From Candidatus Omnitrophota bacterium (GTDB lineage Bacteria; Omnitrophota; Gorgyraeia; Gygaellales; Profunditerraquicolaceae), in the NCBI GenBank assembly GCA_041651115.1, contig JBAZJY010000002.1:478855-542854 (forward strand): a stretch of DNA of 64,000 bases. Direction: 5' to 3'. The position numbers and the translations under genes were made by a program. Position 1 is the stretch's first letter. Each line of letters begins with the position of its first letter. Under the pieces are notes generated by a model. It saw only the letters and a program-made list of their open reading frames with translations. It had not been told where the DNA came from and made no database searches. Shown here piece after piece: positions 41,724 through 50,292 of this stretch.

Positions 41724-42203
41724 ATGGGCAAGCAAGCAAGAGCAATAGCGGAACTAAGCCTCAAAGACCTAGTAAAAGACCTTAACAAAGCGTACGCGGA
41801 TGAATGGCTGGCATTTTACCTTTATTGGTATATGGCACAGACCGTTTCCGGCAAAGCCTATGAAGATATGCGCGAATTTTTAATGAAGATCGCCAAGGAA
41901 GAGCTGGAGCATGCCGAAGAGGTAGCCGATATGATCATGAAGCTCGGAGGAATGCCGGTTGCAAATATGATGGAGCTGGAAAAGAACGCCAATGCCCCGT
42001 ATATGATGCCGCCGAAGAATACCGCGGATATCAACCGGATCATCCGCATAGTTACCGAAGCCGAGGCAACGGCGATCGACGTCTATCATAAGATCGCCAA
42101 AAAAACGCTGGGCAAGGACAATGTGACTTATCAACTGGTAACACACATATTGTCGGAAGAGGTCAACCACGAGGAAATGTTCGAGAACCTGCTGGAAAGA
42201 TAA
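41724..42203 (+). CDS. bacterioferritin-like (ferritin superfamily) protein
   Basis: Bfr-like spacing of the diiron ligands (E..H pattern, LEHAEE) and alignable to the Bfr N-terminal helix. Confidence 0.65.
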   Translation: MGKQARAIAELSLKDLVKDLNKAYADEWLAFYLYWYMAQTVSGKAYEDMREFLMKIAKEELEHAEEVADMIMKLGGMPVANMMELEKNANAPYMMPPKNTADINRIIRIVTEAEATAIDVYHKIAKKTLGKDNVTYQLVTHILSEEVNHEEMFENLLER

Positions 42204-42234
42204 AATCAACGTTATTACAGGAGGGTAGTCAGCA

Positions 42235-42417
42235 ATGTCAAAGGTAACCGTAGATACAGCGACTTGCGTGGGTTGTGGTTTGTGCGAACAGTCATGCCCG
42301 GAGGTATTTGAAGTGCAGGGAGACGGCATTGCGCATGTAAAAGCGCAGATCTGCTCATTGCATAACCTTAAAGAAGTTGCCGATCAGTGCCCGGTCACCG
42401 CGATAAAGGTGAGCTAA
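42235..42417 (+). CDS. small [4Fe-4S]/[3Fe-4S] ferredoxin
   Basis: CVGCGLCEQSCP plus a distal CP; 60 aa. Confidence 0.8.
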   Translation: MSKVTVDTATCVGCGLCEQSCPEVFEVQGDGIAHVKAQICSLHNLKEVADQCPVTAIKVS

Positions 42418-43832
42418 AACCGGAGAGAATTTTTCTTCGATTCTTCAATAAAAGCGGTAAAGCGCTCCTGTTGTTTCTGCGATAAAAGTTTTTTCTCGAA
42501 TTCCGCGCTTTCTTCTTTGAACTTGTTTTCGTCAACCGGAAGGCGGGATTTTATTTTGATGATATAAAAGCCTGAGGGCAGCGAGATCACTTTGCTGGGC
42601 TCGTTTTCCTTCAGGCTTTTTGTATATATCCAGAAAGCATCCGAGGCGCCGATGCCTTCAATATAACTTTCGTATTTGAACATCGCCGTCACATCCGACT
42701 TCAATCCAAATTCAGCAGCTGCCCGGTTAAAATCCGCCGAAGCGGGGTTAGCCGCATATTCCTGCTTTAATTTTTCATAACACCCGTTGATCTTCTCTTT
42801 GGCAATAGCCGTTGATTTTTGTTTGATCAGCGCTTCTTTGACCTTTTCTTTGATTTTGTCAAATTCCGGGATATAAGGGTCCTTTCTTTCTTTGAGCCTG
42901 ATCAAATAATAGGTATTATCCGCTTTCACCGGGGGGAGGAACTGGCCGACCTTGATTTTAAACAGCAGTTCCGTGACCTGCGGCAGCCAGCCCATGCCGG
43001 GGATAGGGGATGTTTCCGCGAACAGCCCGGTTTCTTTTATTTCCAGCCCGGAGTCTTTTGCCAATTTATTGAAATATTCTTTTTTCTTTAAGTGGGGAAG
43101 CAGCCCCTGGATCTTGCTTTCCGATTCTGAAGTGAGATATTCCAGGTTAAAAGAAAGCGGTTCTTTGAATTCAATCTTATTAGCGGTAAAGTAAGCGCTG
43201 ACCTCTTCGTCTGTAGCCGTAATGGCATTTGCGAAATCCTGCGGCAGGCTGGCAATATAATACACGCTGACTTCTTCATTGGCCTTTTCGTATTCCATGC
43301 GCAGCTCATTGTCGTCGAGTTTGACGCTTTCGGTGACCTGTTTATAGAGCTTGGATATTGCCAAGTCCTGGCGCACCTGTTCTTCAAATGCCCTCGGCTG
43401 GTTCTGGAAGGCGTATTTAAGTAATTCCTGATAGATGCGGTTGTCGAATTTACCGTTACGCTGGAAAAATTGATAATTCTGGATAATATCGACTACTTCC
43501 TGGTCCTTGACCTTTATCCCCCGCCTCTTTGCCTCTGCCGATAGCAGGATCCTTTCCCATGCCCGTGCTTCAAGGTTAAGGTATTTCTGCGCCTCGGATA
43601 AGTTGTCCCCGAATTGGATCAATGCCTGGGTGCGCACTGCCTGCAGCGCGTCTTTATATTCGATCAGGCTGATTTTACGGCCGTAAACTTTACCCGCGTA
43701 TTTGGAAATTCCGCCGTCCTTATCGCCGGTAAGCATTCCTGCGCCTCCGAAGACGAACGCCAGTATGACCAGTATTGCAAGTATAACCCATATCTTTTTA
43801 GCTGTCTTTTTCTTGCGTAATTTATTAAGCAT
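42414..43832 (-). CDS. PpiD/SurA-like periplasmic PpiC-type peptidyl-prolyl isomerase chaperone
   Basis: N-terminal TM anchor, SurA_N-like region and a central parvulin domain; the only minus-strand gene in the window. Confidence 0.8.
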   Translation of the reverse strand: MLNKLRKKKTAKKIWVILAILVILAFVFGGAGMLTGDKDGGISKYAGKVYGRKISLIEYKDALQAVRTQALIQFGDNLSEAQKYLNLEARAWERILLSAEAKRRGIKVKDQEVVDIIQNYQFFQRNGKFDNRIYQELLKYAFQNQPRAFEEQVRQDLAISKLYKQVTESVKLDDNELRMEYEKANEEVSVYYIASLPQDFANAITATDEEVSAYFTANKIEFKEPLSFNLEYLTSESESKIQGLLPHLKKKEYFNKLAKDSGLEIKETGLFAETSPIPGMGWLPQVTELLFKIKVGQFLPPVKADNTYYLIRLKERKDPYIPEFDKIKEKVKEALIKQKSTAIAKEKINGCYEKLKQEYAANPASADFNRAAAEFGLKSDVTAMFKYESYIEGIGASDAFWIYTKSLKENEPSKVISLPSGFYIIKIKSRLPVDENKFKEESAEFEKKLLSQKQQERFTAFIEESKKNSLRF

Positions 43833-43907
43833 AGCAGGCTCCCCAAGTTTTTATTTATAATGTGTCTATTATAATTCAAAATCGCAGGATTGCAATACCG
43901 ATTTTTC

Positions 43908-44390
43908 GCCTGCCTTGTCTTGCTTTATGCTTCAGGGCTTTGCTTCGCGCGCTGCAAACATCTTGTCAGTTAAATGAACCCGGCAGCTTTCTCGCTCAAG
44001 TCGATTTTTCCTATCGTAAGATGCAGAACGCCAAAGGTCTTTCGTGAGCTCGGCGGCTGCGGAACTCGCCCGTCGGCGCTTACGCGCCAGGACGGGCTCA
44101 AACATCCTCGCCGTCCGAACCTTTTCACGTTCGGATTCCCTCGCTCCCGAAAGCTGCTTTGGCTAAAATCGCCCAATTCGCTCGAAACCTACCGTGTTCA
44201 TTTTACAAGCGTTATGATTTTGCAGCTGATTTGTTTTGCTTTGAGCAGGGCGTGAGGAGGCTTGAGCGGGCATGGATCCTCGCCGTTTGTCTCCAACAAC
44301 GGCGGGGAGAGCGAAAGCCGACTCCCCGAGCGAAGCTTGGCCTCGCAGGGGCCAAGCAAGCGTCCCTGCGAAAAGCAAGACAAAGCAGAT
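43908..44390. repeat. MITE-like intergenic repeat, copy B (complete, with terminal inverted repeats)
   Basis: CTGCCTTGTCTTGCT at 43910-43924 and AGCAAGACAAAGCAG at 44374-44388 are inverse complements; the ends are homologous to copy A at 15.6 kb; the interior is hairpin-rich. Confidence 0.75.
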
Positions 44391-44482
44391 GTAAAATCAA
44401 TAATGCCTCCACAATTATTTTCCTTTACAAACACGCTTGAGTCTGTATAATAAATGACTGTGTTAATCAATAAGGGATAGAA

Positions 44483-45367
44483 ATGAAAGAAAAAGTCTTA
44501 AAACTTGGTTTACCCAAAGGCAGCCTTCAGGAGGCTACTTTTAAGATGTTCAAAAAGGCGGGTTTTAACGTCAACCTGCCTTCAGAGCGTTCTTATTTTC
44601 CCTCTATAGACGATCCGGAAATAGAGTGCGTGCTTTTGCGCGCCCAGGAAATGTCGCGTTATGTTGACGATGGGGCGCTTGACTGCGGGATCACCGGTAA
44701 TGATTGGATACTGGAGAATAAGTCCGATGTTGTGCGGGTATCGGACCTGACTTATGCCAAGCAAAGCCTGAATAAGGTAAGATGGGTGCTGGCAGTGCCG
44801 GAAGCATCAGGTATAAAATCCATCAAACAACTTGAAGGTAAGCGCGTTGCCACCGAGCTGGTGAACGTAACCAGCGAATATTTCCGCAAGAATAAAGTCA
44901 AGGTGGACGTAGAATTCAGCTGGGGCGCTACCGAAGTAAAGGTAAGCTCCGGACTGGTAGACGCGATAGTTGACCTTACGGAAACCGGCCGCAGCCTCAA
45001 GGCAAATAAGCTGGCGATCATTGCCACGCTTTGTGAGTCTACCACCCAATTCATCGCCAATAAAAAATCCTATAAAGACTGCTGGAAAAAAGAAAAAATG
45101 GCGCAGATCGCGCTTTTATTAAAAGGGGCGATCACTGCCGAAGAAAAGGTCGGCCTGAAGATGAACGTGAGGAAGGCAGACCTGAAAAAAGTGATCGCAG
45201 CGCTCCCGGCTTTAAAAAGGCCGACGGTTTCCGGGCTTTCCGATGACGGCTGGTGCGCGGTTGAGACGATCATCGACGAAAAAATCGTCAGGGTCTTAAT
45301 ACCAAAGTTAAAAAATGCAGGCGCGGAAGGGATCATTGAATATCCGCTCAACAAAGTAATATATTAG
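44483..45367 (+). CDS. hisG: ATP phosphoribosyltransferase, long form with C-terminal regulatory domain
   Basis: HisG N-terminus [22 protein letters not shown]; 294 aa long form. Confidence 0.9.
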   Translation: MKEKVLKLGLPKGSLQEATFKMFKKAGFNVNLPSERSYFPSIDDPEIECVLLRAQEMSRYVDDGALDCGITGNDWILENKSDVVRVSDLTYAKQSLNKVRWVLAVPEASGIKSIKQLEGKRVATELVNVTSEYFRKNKVKVDVEFSWGATEVKVSSGLVDAIVDLTETGRSLKANKLAIIATLCESTTQFIANKKSYKDCWKKEKMAQIALLLKGAITAEEKVGLKMNVRKADLKKVIAALPALKRPTVSGLSDDGWCAVETIIDEKIVRVLIPKLKNAGAEGIIEYPLNKVIY

Positions 45368-45377
45368 GAGGTAACAA

Positions 45378-45479
45378 ATGCCTTGCGGCAGAAAAAGGAA
45401 GAAACAGAAGATCCGCACGCACAAGAGAAAAAAATTGCGTCGCCGTCTTCGTCACGTGAAAAAAAGAGCCTGGGCTTAA
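45378..45479 (+). CDS. 33-aa highly basic protein, bS22-like ribosomal protein candidate (absent from ORF track)
   Basis: TAGGAGGT RBS 6 nt upstream of the ATG; MPCGRKRKKQKIRTHKRKKLRRRLRHVKKRAWA; a 14-bp-stem terminator follows. Confidence 0.5.
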   Translation: MPCGRKRKKQKIRTHKRKKLRRRLRHVKKRAWA

Positions 45480-45517
45480 GGTTTATAATTAAAGCCCTTG
45501 GAATAGAACGGCCTGCG

Positions 45518-45549
45518 GCGCAAAAAAGAGCACGAGCTCTTTTTTGCGC
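45518..45549 (+). terminator. terminator hairpin (perfect 14-bp stem)
   Basis: GCGCAAAAAAGAGC-acga-GCTCTTTTTTGCGC. Confidence 0.6.
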
Positions 45550-45615
45550 CTAGCGAACTCCGAACGCCAACCTCAAAACTATACGGCATCCGTGTTTGTG
45601 GTCAAGCCTAAAATA

Positions 45616-46437
45616 ATGCAAGACTCCAAAGATCAGATCAAGCAGTTAGAAAATAAAGCCAAGCAGATACGCCGGCTGATCATCCAGATGCTGGCTAAGG
45701 CAGGCTCCGGTCATCCCGGCGGCAGCCTTTCCTCAACCGACCTGGTTACGGCTTTGTTTTTTTCCGTAATGCGCTTTAAAGCTGACCAGCCGCGCTGGCC
45801 TGACAGGGACAGGTTTCATATGTCCAAAGGCCATTGCTGCCCTTTATGGTACGCGGTCCTGGCAGAAGCAGGTTATTTTTCCGCAGATAAACTTTTAACT
45901 TTAAGGCAATTGGGATCAATGCTGCAGGGCCATCCTGACCGCCGCACCCCGGGCGTTGAGGCAGCTTCCGGTTCTTTGGGGCAGGGCCTTTCTGTATCCA
46001 TCGGCATGAGCCTTGCCAGCCGTATAGATAAAAAATCTTACCGCGTCTATTGCCTTATGGGCGACGGCGAGATCCAGGAAGGCAATATCTGGGAAGGGGC
46101 AATGGCTGCCAGCCATTTTAAATGCGATAATTTATGCGCTATCCTTGATTATAACGGCTTCCAGATCGACGGGAAAGTAAAGGACATCATGGGTATTGAG
46201 CCGATCGTTGATAAGTGGCGCGCCTTCGGCTGGCATACAATTGAAATAAACGGCCACGATATGCGCCAGATCCTTTCCGCGTATGAAGAAGCCGGAAAGA
46301 TAAAGGGCAAGCCAAGCATTATCATTGCCCATACGATCAAAGGTAAAGGCGTTTCTTTTATGGAAAACGTGGTAGATTTTCACGGCCGCGCGCCTACAAA
46401 AGAAGAAGCTGAAATAGCATTAAAGGAATTATCATAA
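45616..46437 (+). CDS. transketolase N-terminal subunit (split tkt)
   Basis: TPP-binding GDGE and HPD regions; start at the ATG at 45616. Confidence 0.88.
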   Translation: MQDSKDQIKQLENKAKQIRRLIIQMLAKAGSGHPGGSLSSTDLVTALFFSVMRFKADQPRWPDRDRFHMSKGHCCPLWYAVLAEAGYFSADKLLTLRQLGSMLQGHPDRRTPGVEAASGSLGQGLSVSIGMSLASRIDKKSYRVYCLMGDGEIQEGNIWEGAMAASHFKCDNLCAILDYNGFQIDGKVKDIMGIEPIVDKWRAFGWHTIEINGHDMRQILSAYEEAGKIKGKPSIIIAHTIKGKGVSFMENVVDFHGRAPTKEEAEIALKELS

Positions 46438-46471
46438 ACTAATACCTGACACCTATCACCTAACACCTAAA
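46438..46471 (+). repeat. CACCT-repeat spacer element (copy 1)
   Basis: The whole 34-nt gap between the transketolase halves, ACTAATACCTGACACCTATCACCTAACACCTAAA, is near-identical to 62667-62703. Confidence 0.6.
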
Positions 46472-47398
46472 ATGGAACAGTTATATCAGCGCGATATTTA
46501 CGGAAAGACCATTGTTGAATTGGGCAAACAGGATCCCGGCGTAGTTGTCCTGGATGCGGACCTTTCCGCGTCTACGCGCACAAGCCTTTTTGCTAAAGAA
46601 TTTCCCGAGAGATTTTTTAATATCGGCGTTGCCGAGCAGAATATGATGACGGTTGCTTCCGGTATCGCCTCCTGCGAGAAGACTGTTTTTGTATCCACCT
46701 TTGCCATATTTGCTTCAGGCAGGGCATGGGACCAGGTGAGGAATACCGTTGCCTATAATAATTTCAACGTTAAAATCGTTGCTTCGCACGCCGGCCTTAC
46801 CGTAGGCCCTGACGGCTCAAGCCATCAGGCGCTGGAAGATATTGCGCTGATGCGCGTTATCCCGAACATGAATATTGTCGTGCCCTGCGACGGTCCGCAG
46901 ACCGCGGATGCAATAAGAGCGGTAGCAGCGGTAAAAGGACCGTTTTACGTGCGTTTAGGCAGGCCGAAATTTGTCACTATTGAGAACAAAGGCGAGTTTA
47001 AGCTCGGCAAAGCGCAGGTCCTGGCCCAGGGGAATGATGTTTCGATCATTGCCTGCGGCTTTATGGTTAATGAAGCGGTCATCGCCGCAAAAAACCTTTT
47101 GCAGAAAGGCATAAAGGCGGCCGTGATCAATGTCCATACGATCAAGCCGCTGGACCGGGAAACTATCCTTGAAGCTGCAAAGACAACCCGCGGGTTCGTG
47201 GTCTGTGAGGAGCATTCGGTTATCGGAGGCCTTGCCTCGGCAGTAGATGAAGTTGTCGCCGAGAATTTTCCCGTCAGGGTAACCAGACTGGGCGTGAAAA
47301 ACCGGTATGGCCAGTCAGGCGAGCCGGCAGACCTTTTGAAAGAATATAACCTCACCAGTACGGATATCGAGAAGGCCGCTTTAGCGATAATATCCTGA
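46472..47398 (+). CDS. transketolase C-terminal subunit
   Basis: Pyrimidine-binding and C-terminal domains of transketolase. Confidence 0.88.
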   Translation: MEQLYQRDIYGKTIVELGKQDPGVVVLDADLSASTRTSLFAKEFPERFFNIGVAEQNMMTVASGIASCEKTVFVSTFAIFASGRAWDQVRNTVAYNNFNVKIVASHAGLTVGPDGSSHQALEDIALMRVIPNMNIVVPCDGPQTADAIRAVAAVKGPFYVRLGRPKFVTIENKGEFKLGKAQVLAQGNDVSIIACGFMVNEAVIAAKNLLQKGIKAAVINVHTIKPLDRETILEAAKTTRGFVVCEEHSVIGGLASAVDEVVAENFPVRVTRLGVKNRYGQSGEPADLLKEYNLTSTDIEKAALAIIS

Positions 47399-47402
47399 TA
47401 TA

Positions 47403-48290
47403 ATGATTGTCCATTCTTATGCCAAGCTTAATCTCTACCTGAAAGTATTAGGCAAGCGTAAAGATAACTACCACGATCTAAAGACCATATTTGAAAGAAT
47501 CAGCCTTTCCGATAAGCTCATCTTTAAAAAACTTCCCGGAAAAGAGATAAAGATAAGTAGCAACCTGCGTTCTTTACCCAAAGACAGCTCAAATCTGGCG
47601 TATAAAGCAGCAAGTATGCTGCAGCAGGTTTATCGCGTCTCTGCGGGCGCGGAGATAAGGATACTTAAGCGTATTCCCGTAGGAAGCGGCATGGGTGGAG
47701 GCTCAAGTAACGCTGCGGCAACACTTTTAGGCTTAAATAAACTCTGGGACATAAATGCCGCCAGAAGCAAATTGATCAATCTTGCCGAAAAGATCGGTTC
47801 GGACGTAGCGTTCTTTGTTTATGAAACTCCTTTTGCGCTGGGAGAGGGCCGCGGAGAGCGGATAAAACCCATAAAATTGCTTGAGAAGCGCAAGTTCCGG
47901 CACATCATTATTGTGCCGCGGATAAACGTTTCTACGCCGTTCATTTACCGGCAATGGGACAGGCGTTTTTTTGGTAAAAACGCTTCAAGTGCGGCGTTGA
48001 CAATAGGTAAGAATAATGTTAAACTATTAACTTCGGCATTAAAGAAAAATGACTTATGCCGGGCCGGGCAAAGCCTTTTCAACAGCCTGGAAGAGGTCGC
48101 TGTTTCGGTTTACCCGGATATCGGCAAGATCAAGGAAAAATTAACCCGCTTGGGAGTTCCGGCAGTTTTGATGTCCGGAAGCGGGCCGACGGTGTTTTGC
48201 CTTATTGCTTCAAGAAAGGAGGAGCGGAAGATACTCCGCGAGCTTGATAAGAACCGTGCTTTGCAGGTATTTGTAGCAAATACTCACTGA
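47403..48290 (+). CDS. ispE: 4-diphosphocytidyl-2-C-methyl-D-erythritol kinase
   Basis: GHMP kinase motif PVGSGMGGGSSNAAA. Confidence 0.9.
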   Translation: MIVHSYAKLNLYLKVLGKRKDNYHDLKTIFERISLSDKLIFKKLPGKEIKISSNLRSLPKDSSNLAYKAASMLQQVYRVSAGAEIRILKRIPVGSGMGGGSSNAAATLLGLNKLWDINAARSKLINLAEKIGSDVAFFVYETPFALGEGRGERIKPIKLLEKRKFRHIIIVPRINVSTPFIYRQWDRRFFGKNASSAALTIGKNNVKLLTSALKKNDLCRAGQSLFNSLEEVAVSVYPDIGKIKEKLTRLGVPAVLMSGSGPTVFCLIASRKEERKILRELDKNRALQVFVANTH

Positions 48291-48414
48291 AAAATACGCA
48301 GGAAGAAGACGGGTCGCTTTTTCCGTGATGTTTTAAGTAACAGACTTTTTATCGGCTTGGAGAGGCCGGTAAAAATAAGGTTACCGGTTTTTAGTGGGTA
48401 GCAAAGGAGGTGTT

Positions 48415-48810
48415 ATGGAAATAACAGAAGTGAAGATCTTTATTAAAGATTCTCCGGATAAAAAACTGCGGGCTTATGCGACCGTGACGTTCGATAACGC
48501 TTTCGTGGTAAGGAACATTAAGGTGATTGAGGGGACAAGTGGTCTATTCATTGCCATGCCCTCAAGGAAAGTAAAACAGCCTTGCCCGAAATGCAGTTTT
48601 AAAAATGAGTCGCGCAGCAAGTATTGCAACCAGTGCGGGGCGCAGTTACCGCTGGTAGCGCGGCCGGTGGTCATCGAACCGTCGCTTAACGCGCAGCTGG
48701 AACACAAGGATATCGCCCATCCGATCACGCAGTCGTTCCGGGAATATCTTCAAAAGCGGGTGCTGGACGCATTTGAGCAGGAAAGGGTAAAAGTTCCGGC
48801 GTTGTATTGA
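48415..48810 (+). CDS. spoVG: SpoVG fused to a C-terminal zinc-ribbon extension
   Basis: N-terminal 90 aa is canonical SpoVG (MEITEVKIFI...VIEGTSGLFIAMPSRK); the C-terminus adds CPKC-x12-CNQC; AAGGAGG RBS. Confidence 0.85.
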   Translation: MEITEVKIFIKDSPDKKLRAYATVTFDNAFVVRNIKVIEGTSGLFIAMPSRKVKQPCPKCSFKNESRSKYCNQCGAQLPLVARPVVIEPSLNAQLEHKDIAHPITQSFREYLQKRVLDAFEQERVKVPALY

Positions 48811-48847
48811 CATAAAATTTAATCTGTCTTCTTAGGTAATCACGTTT

Positions 48848-48918
48848 TGGGACGTCGTCCAATGGTAGGACACGAGAATTTGGGTCTCGCTATTATGGTT
48901 CGAGTCCATACGTCCCAG
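48848..48918 (+). tRNA. tRNA-Gln (anticodon TTG)
   Basis: Hand-folded cloverleaf: 7-bp acceptor stem with U1-A72 and discriminator G73 (as in E. coli tRNA-Gln), anticodon loop ATTTGGG, T-loop TTCGAGT; no CCA encoded. Confidence 0.8.
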
Positions 48919-49016
48919 CGAATAAAAGATTCGGGACAGCTTAGAGCCATAGTGCTGCCATTTTTAAATTTGTAGAAAAAAGCAGGTTAGAAATAGAAAA
49001 AATCCGGTTATAAACG

Positions 49017-50276
49017 ATGAAAAAGAACGGTTTAGCGGTAATCATATTAGCGGCAGGCAAGGGTAAGCGGATGAAGTCGCAAACCTCCAAGGTTTTGCAT
49101 CCGGTATGCGGCCGGCCAATGATCGGCTATGTCTTGGATCTGGCCAAAGCATTACGGCCGGAAAAGACCATTGTCGTGCTTGGGCATAAGCATGATGAAG
49201 TACGGAAGGTGCTCCCGGCCTGGGTAAATATAGTCATACAAAAGCAGCTTAAAGGCACTGCTGATGCAGTGCGGCTGGCGCTTAGCCGCTTGAATAATTT
49301 CCGCGGCACAGTGCTTATCCTTTACGGCGACGTGCCGCTTTTGACCGCGGCCAGCCTGAAAAAACTTCTTAAGCGCCATAGCGGCAATGCCGCGGCAGCA
49401 ACTTTATTGACTGCCGGCGTGAGTAAGCCTTTTGGGTATGGAAGGATCTTGCGGGACGGGTATTCCTGTATTTCGGGGATCGTGGAGGAGAAAGACGCGG
49501 ATGAATACCAGAAAGAGACCAGAGAGATCAATACCGGCATTATTTGTTTTGATAAAGCTTTGCTGGCTGCCGCGTTAAAGCGCGTGCGGCCGGATAACCG
49601 CAAAAAAGAGTATTATCTTACCGATGCCATTGCTATATTTTATAAGGCCGGCCAACTCATTTCCGGCGTAAGCCTTGAGGACAGCAATGAGGCCCTGGGG
49701 ATAAATTCCCGCCAGGACCTGGCTAAAGCAAACCTGATCATGCGCAACAGGATCAACGCCGAAGTTATGGCGCGGGCAGTTACGATCATCGACCCGGACG
49801 TCACCTATATAAACTACGGCACGCAGATCGGCCATGACAGCGTGATTTATCCCTTTACAGTTATTGAAAGAGATGTTAAAATTGGTAAAAGTTGTGTCAT
49901 CGGGCCGTTCGCCCACTTAAGAGAAGGCACCCGCCTCGGTAACGGCGTAACCGCCGGAAATTTTCTGGAAGTTGTCCGTTCCACTATCGGGTCAAAAACC
50001 CTCTTGAAACATTTTTCCTATATCGGTGACAGCAAAGTAGGCAGGCAGGTTAATATCGGCGCCGGGACAGTTACGGCAAATTTTGACGGTAAAAATAAAA
50101 ACCTGACCGTGATCGGAGATAGCGCGTTTATCGGCTCGGATACGGTCTTGGTGGCGCCGGCTAAGATCGGCAAAGCGGCAAAAACAGGCGCCGGATCGGT
50201 AGTCGTAAGAAATACCGTTGTAGCCGCCGGTTCGGTTGTTGCCGGAGTTCCGGCAAAGCCTTTAAAACGTAAATAA
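49017..50276 (+). CDS. glmU: bifunctional GlcNAc-1-P uridyltransferase/GlcN-1-P acetyltransferase
   Basis: LAAGKGKRMKS nucleotide-binding motif and C-terminal hexapeptide repeats. Confidence 0.9.
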   Translation: MKKNGLAVIILAAGKGKRMKSQTSKVLHPVCGRPMIGYVLDLAKALRPEKTIVVLGHKHDEVRKVLPAWVNIVIQKQLKGTADAVRLALSRLNNFRGTVLILYGDVPLLTAASLKKLLKRHSGNAAAATLLTAGVSKPFGYGRILRDGYSCISGIVEEKDADEYQKETREINTGIICFDKALLAAALKRVRPDNRKKEYYLTDAIAIFYKAGQLISGVSLEDSNEALGINSRQDLAKANLIMRNRINAEVMARAVTIIDPDVTYINYGTQIGHDSVIYPFTVIERDVKIGKSCVIGPFAHLREGTRLGNGVTAGNFLEVVRSTIGSKTLLKHFSYIGDSKVGRQVNIGAGTVTANFDGKNKNLTVIGDSAFIGSDTVLVAPAKIGKAAKTGAGSVVVRNTVVAAGSVVAGVPAKPLKRK

Positions 50277-50292
50277 AACACAGGGGACTAAA

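Noticed and set aside
44159-44470. Several 60-93-aa ORFs on both strands inside repeat copy B
   Set aside because: They overlap one another inside a palindromic non-coding element, with no RBS and no codon-usage signal; the same region in copy A has no matching ORFs.
45544-45615. ORF-track start of the transketolase N-subunit at 45544 (MRLANSERQ…)
   Set aside because: The first 24 codons overlap the upstream terminator hairpin. The ATG at 45616 (MQDSKDQIKQLE…) matches transketolase N-termini.
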